In this document: in pieces, positions 1 through 11,238 of the stretch | How positions within the stretch are numbered: the stretch's first letter is position 1 | How the letters are laid out: the number at the start of each line of letters is the position of its first letter | Assembly: GCA_949358305.1 (NCBI GenBank) | Contig: OX442314.1 | Coordinates: 29,450,001 to 29,514,000 of the forward strand | DNA length: 64,000 bases | Source of the DNA: Strigamia acuminata | Taxonomy: Eukaryota | Direction of reading: 5' to 3' | Made by a program: the position numbers and the translations under genes | The notes under the pieces: model-generated | Databases searched by the model: none | What the model saw: only the letters and a program-made list of their open reading frames with translations | Told to the model about the DNA's origin: nothing

Positions 1-1830
1 TCCGCTTGGAGCCTGGACGGCCCAGCCGTGGGTCCGAGACTTCGGGGTTCGGACCTTTTTACGGCGGCCATCTCTCGCTCTTTCTCCAATCCTTTAGCGA
101 TCAGAGACTGTGCACGCATCTTCTGTCGTATTTTACGCTTCCGATTCCTCCTGGTGCTGGCTGCGACGGATCTTCGTTGGACCGTCCTCTGGGGGACGTC
201 CGTCGGAGAATCCGGTTTCTGGTGTGATGAGACGGTTCGTCGCGACGAGGATTGATCTGACGACTGTGTGGTAATCGCCATAAACAACGAGGATCTTTTC
301 TTTCCTCGATCTTGGTGAGTCTCGGTCCTCGCAGCCCAGTGGGCGGAAGTTTCGACTGTTCGCTCAGCCCGCGCGTCGTCTGGCGAGGCAGGCTCGAGCG
401 TTACTACTCGGCGACACTCCGAGCGCACGACAACTCGAGTTCGGGAACTGGAGCTGCTCGAGCGGCTGCGGTAGTCGCGACTCGTTGACGGGCCGGCCTC
501 TATTGGGGAGACGGCCTGTCTTCTTCGTGCGGGTCCGCGCGGGGCGGACTCCGCCGGACGCTTCGATCTTCTGTGATGGCGGCGACTTCCCAGGATACCA
601 GCGTGGTATAACTGCCACATCTCAGACTGCGTGGCCGTAAAATTCGCCGGAGGTATCCATCTGGGCGTCAAATGGTCTTCTTCGATGTCGCGAAGCCATC
701 TACGGATTTCTTCGGGGGAGAAACCGTTTCTCTCGAGAACTCGGGTTACTCCGTGAGTCTCGGTGCGCTTTAAGCGTTCGATCTCGTCGTCCACTATTCT
801 CTGACGGGCTGCCAAGGTCGGGGCCTTGCGCCACCTGTGGGAGGTGTGCAGCTCGGCCACCGTGCCTGGGTAAGCCTCTTCCAGATACTCGGAGTAAACG
901 GGGCTCGGCGGATCTGCATCGGGTGGGATCCGCGGCCCCACTCGCTCCCTCATCTCCTTCGTCATGCACTCGACCAGCGTTTTCGATCGCTCGAATTTTT
1001 CCTCGAGGGTCCTGGAATACATCAATCGGATTTTCCAGGCGCTGGTCTCCGCAGGATAGGCCTGCCGCAGGTAAATCGGCAGGGCTCCGCGAAAGATGTT
1101 GTTGGCGGTTGACACCGTCGAAGGCAGGGCGTCCCACGATTCTAGCGGGTCGACCTGAATAATTTTAGATCACAAGATTAATATAATAAATCCCAGTTAA
1201 CGATGGGGATCAGAAATATGCTCAAGATCGACGGTGGCAGCAACTCCTTTCTTTTGTTGCGGCCGTCGGTCTTATTTTCTTGTTTCGCAGTTCTGCGATG
1301 ATCTCCGCCGTCGTAGCGCTGATCCAACACTACTTTTGAACTCAGGTGATCCGCTTTTAGGAAGGGGTCGCAGGCAAAACCGATCGTTAAATTCTTAATT
1401 TTACGTTAAACTTTTTTATTTTAACTCTAATCGTATTTTAATTTATTACGATGTTTAAATTTAAAAGAAAGAAAACCTTTAGTTTTGGTTTTGGTTTGCC
1501 ACGACGCCATTCCGCGAACACTTCCTTTGTTCTAGTTTTTTGGCGGCCTTGACTCCGAGGTGAATCTGGGTCCACTCTCGGGTTTTTAGCCAGCCTTAAA
1601 TTAATAATAAAACAGAAAGAAATATATCAGTCACAAGTCACGCTCCAATCTGGGTTGGATGCAACAGATTCAAAGAATTATGTGATTTCTCTGGGGAAAT
1701 CACACTAATTTACCTGCAACGGCGGTTGTTCGTCCCAATTCTCATCTTCTTCAGCGTTTACGATTAGGCCGTCGCTCTCGTCTCTCGGCGATGCGCTCGG
1801 CTCTAATCGTGGGTTGCGTCGATCGGCCAT
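1..1830 (-). CDS. Predicted spliced third ORF of Gypsy A: exon 1 1830-1714, exon 2 1154-<1; basic Arg/Ser-rich protein of unknown function, incomplete
   Basis: ATG at 1830 gives MADRRNPRL...EQPPLQ, then donor CAG|GTAAAT. Acceptor ATTATTCAG|GTC at 1154 is in phase 0 and opens a stop-free frame of about 384 codons (VDPLESWDALP...) to base 1. The ORF track misses it because there is no stop in the window. Confidence 0.65.
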
Positions 1831-2209
1831 TTCAATTTAGGAAAATAAAGTTTTGTTTGAGAGGTCTTTGTTTTCTCTTTGGGGGAGAAGCAAAAACACG
1901 TCTCGTCGTGTTAAAAACAGTCGGAAACTGGGCCTATCGACGCTGAGAATTGTGGGTCTCGAACGCGTCTCGTATTTTGCGAGATCCGCCGTGCTGGCAA
2001 TGACGCTACGGGGTCGACCGCGTGGTTTCATTGTCACGTGGTCGCCCGATACGTCATAACTTCTCGTCTGTTAGTGGTGACTGTGACAATTCGTTGCGAA
2101 GTTTGGACTTAGCCAAATTTTCGCGTCTCAACATGTGCAGCAGCTCTCGCAAGTAAATCTTTTTATTTTACAAGGCCTCCGCTCCATGTTACCACATTTT
2201 CTTTTATTT

Positions 2210-4009
2210 TTAGTTCTTCCCCACGATTTTGCCGTCCCGAATGAACGGATTATTGCTTCGTCGTGGTCGAAGGTTGATTTTCGACGTGCTTGTAGATCGT
2301 GACTCTACTTGCTCGTTCATCTCCGATGTGTTGGCATTTTTCTTATTATTAATTTTTTTATTTTCCATTTCAGAAGTACATTCTTCTGCTTCCTCCCTCT
2401 CCGAAATTGCTTGCTCCGGCTGAGCTGGAGCCTCGTCGGCTGGGGATTCGGCGTCGAAGAATTCATCCTCGTTCTCCGCTATATTTTCAGCTGCATTTGC
2501 TTTTTGGAACGTGTCAACCACGGTGCCTCCTTGGCCGCTGTGTGTCTGACCTTCCAGCCAGATTTCTTGGGGAAACTCTGGCAGATATGGCCTTAAATCT
2601 CGGCCATGTATCAACTGAAAATTTTTGTTGTCCTCTAAGCGGCGTAGTTGGTATGCGTTGCCGCCGTGTTCGGCCACAATTACATAGGGACCGTCCCTCT
2701 TGTCGGCTAAACCGGCGGCAATGCCCCTCGCTGCATTGGACAACGTGTGTGCCTCCTTCCACACTAGATCATTCACTTTAAAGTTCGCGAAAGCGAGATC
2801 GCCTTCTTTATCTGCGATTCTCTCTCTCATGTTGAAAATATGCGCCATCATGTGCTGGTATGTGTCGGATATAGTCTGTTCCAACCGGCACACGTACTCA
2901 TGTGGGCTCGATGGGTCTAATACGTTAACAGCTTCGGCAACGCGTGGGTCCCATGGCATCCTTAATTCGCGGGCGAAGTTGAGGTACGCCGGTGAGAATT
3001 CGCGTGTTCTTGACACGGTTGAGCGAATGCTGAAAGCGATTTCTCGCAGGTATTCGTCCCATCGATTGTGAATATCGGTGAATACTGTCAGCGCATATTT
3101 TATGTCTTTATTTAATCTCTCGACTGGATTTGTCTGAGGATTATATGTGGAGGTGTTCGATGCATCCATTTTAAATTTTCTACAGAAGTCCTTATATATT
3201 CTTGATCGGAATTGGGGGCCGTTATCCGAAATGAGTTTTCTGGGAAACCCAAATCGCATTGCCACGTCGTAAAGGCACTCGACTATATTTTCAGCCGAGG
3301 GCTTCGCGAGGGCGTACAGCTCCGGCCATCGGGTGGCCACGTCCATAATTACGAGAATATACATGTTCTTGTTTCCCGTTGTGGGCTTGGGGCCCATCAA
3401 GTCTATGCTTAAGCAGTCAAACGGTGCGTAGGGTCCGAGAGACATGGCGTTTCTGGCTACCTTATCTCGCGGTCTACACGCTTGGCACCGGGGGCAGTGT
3501 CGGATAAATTTCGTTATCTTTTGCCGCGCGCCCGGCCAGAAGAAAAGTTGTTTTACTCGATAAAGGGTTCTCGCTATGCCGGAATGGCTGGCGAGCGGGT
3601 GTCCGTGCATCAGCCACAACAGTCGGGTGTGCAGCGATGCCGGTACGACCACCTTAACCGAGTTTCCCGCTCCGCTGAGGTCGTCTTGAAACGTCGGGTG
3701 GTATTTTACTAGGAGTTCATCGTCTATGAGGTAGCTCGTTGCCTCTTTGGCGAACTGTTTTCGGCGGTGAGGGTTGGTCATCCCTTCCGGAAATTCGCCG
3801 TTTAGCAAATATTGCGTTATAATTTGACATTTCGTGTCTGCTGCTTGGTGTTCGACGAACTCACGTCTCGTGGGTGGAGCGTATTGCGTTTTCTTCAATT
3901 TTTGCTGTGAAGGCGCGTAGTAGTGTTTTGTGGGTTTCTCCGGGGGGCGGAGGTTGAATTTCGTTGAAGTTCGTCCCAGCTGGCTGGTATGTTCGAGTCC
4001 AAAAACCAC
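2210..4009 (-). CDS. Gypsy A integrase (HHCC, DDE core, GPY/F), out of frame with RT-RH
   Basis: HGHPLASH...CPRC, SIDLMGP, ISDNGPQF, NPVERLN, DGPY. It overlaps the end of the RT-RH ORF in another frame, so there is a frameshift within about 3861-4033. Confidence 0.9.
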   Translation of the reverse strand: MVFGLEHTSQLGRTSTKFNLRPPEKPTKHYYAPSQQKLKKTQYAPPTRREFVEHQAADTKCQIITQYLLNGEFPEGMTNPHRRKQFAKEATSYLIDDELLVKYHPTFQDDLSGAGNSVKVVVPASLHTRLLWLMHGHPLASHSGIARTLYRVKQLFFWPGARQKITKFIRHCPRCQACRPRDKVARNAMSLGPYAPFDCLSIDLMGPKPTTGNKNMYILVIMDVATRWPELYALAKPSAENIVECLYDVAMRFGFPRKLISDNGPQFRSRIYKDFCRKFKMDASNTSTYNPQTNPVERLNKDIKYALTVFTDIHNRWDEYLREIAFSIRSTVSRTREFSPAYLNFARELRMPWDPRVAEAVNVLDPSSPHEYVCRLEQTISDTYQHMMAHIFNMRERIADKEGDLAFANFKVNDLVWKEAHTLSNAARGIAAGLADKRDGPYVIVAEHGGNAYQLRRLEDNKNFQLIHGRDLRPYLPEFPQEIWLEGQTHSGQGGTVVDTFQKANAAENIAENEDEFFDAESPADEAPAQPEQAISEREEAEECTSEMENKKINNKKNANTSEMNEQVESRSTSTSKINLRPRRSNNPFIRDGKIVGKN

Positions 4010-6344
4010 AAAACGTTCTATCTTCGGGCTCCATCACTGGTAGCTCGTTCGCCTTCCGCAAACGCCATATTCTCCGTGGAGTCGGGCAGTACAGGAGGTG
4101 GGTGTCGTCCTCGCCGTCGTCGTCTGGACCTTGGGGGTCAGAGGCTGGGGCTCTTGAGAGGGCGTCGGCCACATGATTGTACTTCCCGGGGCGGTACGTA
4201 ATTGTTATATCGCACGCCATTAACTCCAGTTGCCATCGTGCGAGTCGGCCGGAAGGTTCCTTGAGCTTCATCAACCAGCTTAGTGCCTGGTGATCTGTCT
4301 GAACCTCGAAGTTCGTGTACTCCAGATAGTCGCGAAATTTCCAAACTGCCCAAATTACGGCTAGGCATTCTAGTTCCGTTGCCGTGTAATTTTTCTCCGC
4401 GCCCTGTATTTTTCTGCTTATAAACATACAGGGTACTTCCTGCGAGATTCCGTTGTACACGTGGGTCTGCAGAAGGGCTGCACCCAGTCCGATTTTACTC
4501 GCGTCGGTGTGCAACACGAACGGTCGGTTTAGGTCCGGCAATGGCATCTTTTCGACGTCAGCCAGCATTTGCTTGATAGTGCTAAATGCGGCCTCGCACT
4601 GGACCGTCCACTCAAACTCTTTATCCGTCCGTAAGAGATCCGTTATAGGCGCGGCCACCTCAGCCAGACCAGCGAGTAGTCGGCCGAAGAAATTGACCAT
4701 GCCCATAAATCTCTGGACACCTTTTATGTCTTCGGGGGCGGGGAAGCCGTTAATTGCTTTGACCTTTTCGGGGTCAATCGCGATTCCCTCGACTCCTATT
4801 CGATATCCTAGGAAGGCAAGCTCTTTTCTGCAAAACTTGCTCTTCCCTGGATGGATGTGGAGTCCCGCCTTGGCTAGGCGAGAGACCACTCTATCGATGT
4901 GGTCTATATGCTCTTCGAAGGTGTCCGACGTTATTATGATGTCGTCGAGATACGCCCACACGAAGTCGTGAAGCATATCTCCCAACACGCTTTCGATCAA
5001 TTTCTGGAACGTGCTCGGGGCGTTTACAAGCCCGAACGGCATCACGTTGAACATTAATCTTCCTATCGGGGAGTAGAAAGCCGTTTTCAGTTTGTCTTCG
5101 GGTTTGAGCTCCACTTGCCAATACCCCTTTGACAGGTCCATGGTGGTTACCCACTTGAATGGGCTCAGCTCCCGGAGAATCGAGTCTATAGACGGCATTT
5201 GAATCGGGTCTATAACTGTTATCGCGTTCAGGGGACGATAATCAATGCATAGTCGAGGTTCCGAGCCTGGACGCATTACCAGGACGATCCGCATGGCGTA
5301 TTCGCCCAGGGCTTGCGTTACTATGCCCTTGTCGAGCATGTCTTGGCACATTTGCGTCACAATGTCTCTTTTCTGGGGGTTCATCCCCTTGTAAGGCACT
5401 CGAATCGGCTTGTCGGTGGTTAAGACTATTTCGTGGACTGCTTCTGTTGTTCGACCAGGTGTCTTGGTCAGAATCCTTTCATGTTTTCGAAGCACTCGCC
5501 TTAGTAGCGATGCCTCGTTAACACGCAGAGCTGCCTCCTCGACCAGTGTGTCCACGACGTTACTCCTCTGTAATTCCAGAGTGAAGGCTGCGAAATCGTA
5601 ATCTTGGACGAATTTTCGCAATCCTCGTCCATATTCCTCTTTGTCCTTGGCTTCGTCCAGTAATTCCTGGGGAACCACTGGGACTGGCCGTTCTTCCTCG
5701 GGACTTATCCAGTTCCATGAACGGGTTATCGGGTTTGGCTGAATTTTCAGTTTTGCCATGATATCCATCCCTAGGAGGAATACTTTGTCGTGGGATGGCA
5801 AGACTATGAAGGGATGGGACAGGTTCCCCCCTTTCCAGTCGATCATGATGCGAACTACGCCCTTCGGCTTGACGTAGCCGTTGGCGGTGAGTAATTCCAC
5901 GTTCGCGTTCACTTGTGCCACTTTTTTTTCAATATCCAAGTCCTTTACTATATCTTCGGATATGAATGAACGATCCGCTCCTGAATCCAGCAGGCCGAAC
6001 AATTTTTGGTTTTCTATCTCCACTGGCAGCATACACAGAGTCTCACAATGCGTTTTCGTGACGTTGCAGTGAAATACTCGTAGCTTTTGAGGTTCGACCT
6101 CCAGATTGAACGGAAGGTCCGTCCAATCCATGTCGACGTCCGGCTTCGTTCTCACTTGCATACTCGTCAGCGTCACTTTTTCTTCCTTCTTCGGAATGGT
6201 CTGCATGCGATCTTTGATCTGTGCTTCTGCCAAGGCATGACCTGCGGGTCCAATGTGATATTTTTTCTTTTTAATTTCCGCGGCTGGCGCAGACGATGCT
6301 GAATTTATTTCGGCGACGCCTGCGCTTGGGAGTTTTTTGCCAGA
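3861..6344 (-). CDS. Gypsy A pol: aspartic protease, reverse transcriptase, RNase H
   Basis: LLDSGAD, LCIDYRPLN, MPFGLVNAP, AYLDDII, HTDASKIG, TDHQAL, ADALSR. The frame is open from 6344. Confidence 0.93.
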   Translation of the reverse strand, partial: SGKKLPSAGVAEINSASSAPAAEIKKKKYHIGPAGHALAEAQIKDRMQTIPKKEEKVTLTSMQVRTKPDVDMDWTDLPFNLEVEPQKLRVFHCNVTKTHCETLCMLPVEIENQKLFGLLDSGADRSFISEDIVKDLDIEKKVAQVNANVELLTANGYVKPKGVVRIMIDWKGGNLSHPFIVLPSHDKVFLLGMDIMAKLKIQPNPITRSWNWISPEEERPVPVVPQELLDEAKDKEEYGRGLRKFVQDYDFAAFTLELQRSNVVDTLVEEAALRVNEASLLRRVLRKHERILTKTPGRTTEAVHEIVLTTDKPIRVPYKGMNPQKRDIVTQMCQDMLDKGIVTQALGEYAMRIVLVMRPGSEPRLCIDYRPLNAITVIDPIQMPSIDSILRELSPFKWVTTMDLSKGYWQVELKPEDKLKTAFYSPIGRLMFNVMPFGLVNAPSTFQKLIESVLGDMLHDFVWAYLDDIIITSDTFEEHIDHIDRVVSRLAKAGLHIHPGKSKFCRKELAFLGYRIGVEGIAIDPEKVKAINGFPAPEDIKGVQRFMGMVNFFGRLLAGLAEVAAPITDLLRTDKEFEWTVQCEAAFSTIKQMLADVEKMPLPDLNRPFVLHTDASKIGLGAALLQTHVYNGISQEVPCMFISRKIQGAEKNYTATELECLAVIWAVWKFRDYLEYTNFEVQTDHQALSWLMKLKEPSGRLARWQLELMACDITITYRPGKYNHVADALSRAPASDPQGPDDDGEDDTHLLYCPTPRRIWRLRKANELPVMEPEDRTFCGFWTRTYQPAGTNFNEIQPPPPGETHKTLLRAFTAKIEENAIRSTHET
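6285..6338 (-). other. Predicted -1 ribosomal frameshift signal, Gypsy A gag/pol
   Basis: A-AAA-AAC heptamer (6338-6332) in the gag frame, followed 6 nt later by the stem GCGCAGGCG/CGTCTGCGC. Pol is in the -1 frame. Confidence 0.75.
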
Positions 6345-9226
6345 TTAGTATTTAACTCCATCATCATTTTCATCAAGGTTTGCATGATGTCTTTTTCTTT
6401 GACGGTTTTTTCACATTTGTCGGAATAGTGACCGTATTCTCCGCAGCTGTAACATTTGATGTTACTTTTATCCCCTGTGGGAGTGAATCCCGGTTTTTTC
6501 GGGACGAAGGGCGTCGGGAATCGTCTTTTTCCTCCCAATGCCCCTCTCGCTTTTGTTGCCTGCACGTGTGCTCTGAATTGTGCGATTGCTAAGGCTCGGT
6601 GCGCGTGGTGCAAATAGGGACCTTGATCGTCGCATCCCGTTGATAAGTTTTCGAGGTGCTCATTCAGGGCTTCCTCGTCGCTTGATGCTGGCTCCTCTTC
6701 TTTAGCCGTGGCGAGAGGTGTTGTCTCTTCGACTTTCTCCATCCGGGTGGAGTCCGTCGAGGTCACCTGCATCGCTGTCGCTGCCGGTGCTTTCTTTGGT
6801 GCAGCTATCGGGTTGGCTGGAAGAGTACTGCCTGCTTTAGGCGTCAGCATTCGTCCGAAGGATGCTTCGGTGAGACTCATTATGCCGCTCAAATATTCAC
6901 TTGGCCTCATTAATTTCTCTGAGGTCTTGTGACGTTCGGCGCTCGTCTGCAACCGTTTCTCGTGCGCGTCAGCTTCTTCCGGGGGCAGAGTGGCGTAATA
7001 CCGCTGTTCTATTTCTAACGTGTTCGTTAGAAGATAGTTACTGACATCTTGGTAATCGCCAGTGCGGGGTGCACGCATGTCCAGCAGAATTCTTTGCGAG
7101 TGGGCCGATAATCCTTCGTAAAAGATCATCGTAAAACCAGCGGGGTTTATTTCATACGGCGCTCTTGCAAACAGGAGTTTCGCTCGGGCGTCGTAGTCGG
7201 CTAATGTTTCTCCTGGGGCTTGTCGTAGACCACGTAATTTGTTACTGATCTCGTCTGGAGTTTCGCCGTATCGGAGATCGAAACGGACGAGAAAATCGTC
7301 CCAGGTTGGGTTTTTCAGTCCCTGATACCATTCTCGAGCTGACCCCGTGGTTAGCTCCACTAGACCGTGGGTTAGCATGTCGGCGACGGTGGCTTTTGTC
7401 GCTTTCTTGATACGCATTACTTCGTCCAGGAAGCGGTCTCCGGCCTTCCACGAACCGTCAAATCGCGTTTGAATATAGTGCTGCCAGCGGATGTTACCCG
7501 TGGCTTCACCGCTTGGTTCGTTGCGTACGCCATATTTGCGCTTAACCCTTTCTCCTGCGCGGTTATGCTCGTCGCCTGGATGGCCTAGATCGATCCCTTC
7601 TCTTCGGAAAGAGTTCAGCAGGGCTCGGCCCAGCTCAGCCATCGTGTAATGGCGGCCAGATGAATCCTGAAAGTTTCCTTCCTGCGAGTGAGGGTTGGAG
7701 CTTCGGGAAGAGCGGTTTGAAGCATTTGGTCGGTTCGATCGGTGCCCATCGCTGCCCTCTCGACTCCTCCCTGTAGATGGTCGACTCGGGTTGTCGTTGT
7801 CCGACGAATCGGAGGGCTCGGAGGGATCTCCTTGGGGGTGAAACCTCGGCCCTCTCGGTGGGGTCTCTCCGCCAGCCTTCTTCTGTTTTGAGCCTCCGGA
7901 TGGCGGCGGCTCCTCTCCGTCGTTGTTCTCGTAAAAAGAATGCCATCTGTTTTCCTCGCTTTCGGGGCGTTCCCGATTTTTATTTGCGTTTTTCTTTTCG
8001 AGTAACGCGTCGATGGCTGCTCCCGTCTCGGATCTTTTTGAGGGGTGACGGTCCTTTGTTTTTGGGACCGACTCGTCTCTCTTTTGAGATTTCCCCCTTT
8101 TCGCCGTTTTTGCCGGCTTTGTTGCACCTTCTCCTGTGTCGGTATCAGAGCCGCTGGGGGGTTCTGATTTCCGTTTCAGGTTTTCTTCATTTTTCTTCCT
8201 GTCCGAGACGTCTTGTTCGTACTCTTTTTGGAACTTTTCTGTTTCTTTTTCCCAGTTTTCGGCTTCCCATCTTTTTTGCTCGTCTATTATGGCTTGCTTC
8301 TTCGCTTTGTACTCTTCGGTCCATCTGTCTCGTTCCCACTCTTCTTTCTCTTTCAGAAACTGTTCCTTTTCTTTTCTGGCTTCCTCTTCTCTCAGCCTCT
8401 CGCGATGTTGTTCTTCCCATTTCTGGTGTTGTAGAATGGCTTCTTTTCGCAACATTTGTAGCTTTTCTGCTTTTCTTTGAGCTATGAGGGCTTGAAATTG
8501 GTCCTCGTACTCTTGAGCTTCTCGATGCCGCCCTTCTACTGTGGCGTTCCATTCTTTTCGAATTTTAGCTTCTCGTTCTTCCCTCATTTTTTTGACCAGT
8601 TTCTCTGTTCTCTCGGTGGTCCTTTCTTCACGCTGTTCCCTTTCTTCCTCTTCTTTCCAGAGTTCTCGTCTTTCCGCGCTCAGCCTTCGTTGGCGATTAA
8701 TTGCCTCTTGTCTGGCTTCTTCGCGGGCTTTCTCTCTGGATTCGCGAAGGGCTTTGTTGGGGTCTGGTGCAAAACCTCCGGTGTCACTGGGCGTTACCTG
8801 GGGCATGGGCGTCTCCGCTGCTGGTCTTGCGACCGGCGTCGGGGCTTGTGCCGCACAGATAGCGTCAGTGAGTAGGGTAATCGATTCCCAGACTGACGTT
8901 CCTACTGGAATGTCTATCATCGCTTTCAGTTGGGCGGCTTGCTGCGTCAACCGAATTAGGTGAGATACTTCGAAGGAAACAACTGCAGGACTCGCCGTAA
9001 CTCGGGGGGTTATCGGGGTCCCGCCGTCGTTTTTTCGTGGGGTTTGCTTCACGGATGTCTGAGCCGTTGGTGGCGATGGGTTCGTGCCGACCGTGGCCGT
9101 TTTCTTTGGAGTTTCATCCGTCTCCTCGGCCATTAATATCGATACTCGTCCCGGTGATACGTCGTGAATTTCTTCTCGATTTTCTAGGGCTTCCGTATCG
9201 GTATCTTCGAAGGTTTGCATATTCAA
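6305..9226 (-). CDS. Gypsy A long gag (E/K/R coiled-coil N-half, capsid-like region, one CCHC knuckle)
   Basis: 973-aa ORF with GSAREWY...TWDDFLVRFDLRY, LRQAPGETLADY and CYSCGEYGHYSDKC. Confidence 0.88.
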   Translation of the reverse strand: MNMQTFEDTDTEALENREEIHDVSPGRVSILMAEETDETPKKTATVGTNPSPPTAQTSVKQTPRKNDGGTPITPRVTASPAVVSFEVSHLIRLTQQAAQLKAMIDIPVGTSVWESITLLTDAICAAQAPTPVARPAAETPMPQVTPSDTGGFAPDPNKALRESREKAREEARQEAINRQRRLSAERRELWKEEEEREQREERTTERTEKLVKKMREEREAKIRKEWNATVEGRHREAQEYEDQFQALIAQRKAEKLQMLRKEAILQHQKWEEQHRERLREEEARKEKEQFLKEKEEWERDRWTEEYKAKKQAIIDEQKRWEAENWEKETEKFQKEYEQDVSDRKKNEENLKRKSEPPSGSDTDTGEGATKPAKTAKRGKSQKRDESVPKTKDRHPSKRSETGAAIDALLEKKNANKNRERPESEENRWHSFYENNDGEEPPPSGGSKQKKAGGETPPRGPRFHPQGDPSEPSDSSDNDNPSRPSTGRSREGSDGHRSNRPNASNRSSRSSNPHSQEGNFQDSSGRHYTMAELGRALLNSFRREGIDLGHPGDEHNRAGERVKRKYGVRNEPSGEATGNIRWQHYIQTRFDGSWKAGDRFLDEVMRIKKATKATVADMLTHGLVELTTGSAREWYQGLKNPTWDDFLVRFDLRYGETPDEISNKLRGLRQAPGETLADYDARAKLLFARAPYEINPAGFTMIFYEGLSAHSQRILLDMRAPRTGDYQDVSNYLLTNTLEIEQRYYATLPPEEADAHEKRLQTSAERHKTSEKLMRPSEYLSGIMSLTEASFGRMLTPKAGSTLPANPIAAPKKAPAATAMQVTSTDSTRMEKVEETTPLATAKEEEPASSDEEALNEHLENLSTGCDDQGPYLHHAHRALAIAQFRAHVQATKARGALGGKRRFPTPFVPKKPGFTPTGDKSNIKCYSCGEYGHYSDKCEKTVKEKDIMQTLMKMMMELNTNLAKNSQAQASPK

Positions 9227-9576
9227 GGGAACCCGCTTCGTAATTAAACTTGGGTATTTTTTTGAAAAACCGATTAACTTTCATGTTCACCATTTTCATT
9301 TTGAATTTCGATTGACCACGAATTGTAAACAAACTAGAGCTTTATCTGGCGGAAGCCGTGACCAAAATAGAATTTAATTTTGAAATTTAAAAAAAAGACT
9401 AATTTTCAAAATTGACCGTTAGGAATATTTAACACATGAATCCTATGTGTAATCTGCCGCTGAAAACGTTGGCGTCCTTATATTTCTCATTAAATTTAGT
9501 TAAAAAGAAGAAATCAGCAAATTACGACGAAAATTGAACAAACGCTCATTGCAGTAAAGCCCCCTCCCGTCTCCTA

Positions 9577-9870
9577 GCGGAATTCTCTACAGCACACCAT
9601 TCCGCGCTCAGGCAATTCAAGAACTGAATAAGCGCGGAATTCTCTACAGCACACCATTTCGCGCTCAGGCAATTCAAGAACTGAATAAGCGCGGAATGGT
9701 GTTCTGTAAATAATTCCGCGCTTAGTCAGTTCTGGAATTGCCTGAGCGCGGAATTCTCATTACCACAACTGAACAGGCGCGGAATGATCAGCCGAGAACT
9801 GAATAAGCGCGAATGAATAAGCGCGGAATTTCTTTCCGCGCTCATTCATTCCGCGCCAGTTATTGTAACC
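9577..9870. repeat. Direct and inverted repeats of a 57-bp unit carrying the motif AACTGAATAAGCGCGGAAT
   Basis: Units start at 9577 and 9634, with an inverted partial copy near 9691-9758 and a terminal hairpin near 9809-9855. Confidence 0.85.
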
Positions 9871-9922
9871 CGTCAGATCACTCGCAACGTCATGTGACGT
9901 TGCGACTGCTCGACACATCACA
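9871..9922 (-). repeat. Remnant of Gypsy B 3' LTR
   Basis: 52 bp identical to 42872-42923, next to polypurine tract GAGGGAGGG (minus strand, 9932-9924). Confidence 0.9.
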
Positions 9923-10235
9923 TCCCTCCCTCATTAAACAAAACTTTCTCTTCAAAATATTAACCATCTTAAAACCCAAACATTCAGCTTTCAGTGTCAA
10001 ACAAAATCCATCAAATTTACAATAAATATAAAGTTCAACACATTATTTGATAAGATAAATCCATACATATACATATAAAAAAAAATATTTAAAGGTACAC
10101 TGCCATCAAGATCATATTATAATTAAAAAAAGAAAAAAGGAAAAACAAATACAAAAAAAAAAAAAAACATACATATTTACACATTTATATTCAATTTCCT
10201 AAGCTTACATTTCCTGTCTATTTCCCGTACTTGTA

Positions 10236-10912
10236 CTAATAAATCCTAGCTGGCATGTCAGTAGATTTTCCTGAATTTCCTTCATCCTCCTCCCTCTTAA
10301 AAGTAAACTCCGTCTCCTCTGAATGACGCGGCACCCCCTCAACTGCTGTTAAATCCTTGGTCTCTATTAAGTTTCGACCCAAACAGCCCTTCTGTAATCT
10401 CCATTTTCTCACCATCCACACAATCCCAGTAATAATGATTCCAACGACAAGAACAACTTGCCATCCATGCAAATGTATCCTATCCCAGACTCCAAATGGC
10501 ACATTCCCATGTCCAGCCCGCTCTGCCTCTCCAATATCATATTTCAAATCTCCTACCGCAGCCTGCAGGCGAGACAAGGAAACGCCCCCTTCTGCCGTCA
10601 ATTTGGTAAAATTCTCATAATCCAAGCTTTTTAAAAACTGCCTCTCCGATTCCCCTAAAGGTCCCTGAAACGATGGTACCTGTAACCTAAGATTAACGGG
10701 CCCCATCGTTTCCCTACCCTGAAAATATACCGGAAAAACCATGTCCACCGTGTGCGCTTGACAACCCGGTGGCACTGTCACCAAACCCGCTCCCATAAGA
10801 CGTGAGCTGTTCACCGGCATCCAGACCCCACCATGACCAGGACACAACATATTAAATTCAACCGGGTCCGCAGTGCTGTACAACCAGCTACCCGAATCCC
10901 CAACCTGCATCC
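10236..10912 (-). pseudogene. Gypsy B env, C-terminal part with transmembrane helix
   Basis: Continues ...YDPVWM|QVGDSGSW across the CATCC TSD. Contains the Cys pattern and the hydrophobic segment WQVVLVVGIIITGIVWMV. Confidence 0.88.
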
Positions 10913-11220
10913 TGTTAAATCCCGGTAAATAATGGTGTGGATTTACTCATAACACAGTGGTGTGGAAAAACTCCTAATTGGAAAGAAACACACAAGACCT
11001 TTTGTGGTTCAAAGCATAACATAGAGTGAGAACTTTATTCATATGTCACGTGCCTCCTTGGGTATACAGCGCCACCTGTTGGCATGACATAACAATAATA
11101 TACACTAATGATCGCACCTATTTGTGCGAACGTAAACAAACACTCATATAATGAAAAGAACACTGTCGATTGATAATACGATACACACATGGTAAAGTTA
11201 ACATACACAATAAGTTAACA
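10913..11220 (-). repeat. Copia D 3' LTR
   Basis: Direct repeat of 25895-26202, preceded on the minus strand by PPT GAGGGGG. Confidence 0.95.
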
Positions 11221-11238
11221 ATCGGCCCCCTCGTATCA

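Larger units (their letters stand above)
1..9870 (-). mobile_element. Gypsy/Ty3 retrotransposon A (gag, pol, integrase, spliced ORF3); 3' end outside the window, 5' end atypical
   Basis: Domain order is gag(CCHC)-PR-RT-RH-INT on the minus strand. The right boundary is set by the abrupt start of Gypsy B LTR sequence at 9871. Confidence 0.85.

Noticed and set aside
3861..4033. Programmed frameshift between RNase H and integrase in Gypsy A
   Set aside because: No convincing signal; a 1-bp indel mutation or sequencing error is simpler.
9577..9870. CRISPR-like array
   Set aside because: The units are tandem or inverted copies without unique spacers, in a eukaryotic context with no cas genes.
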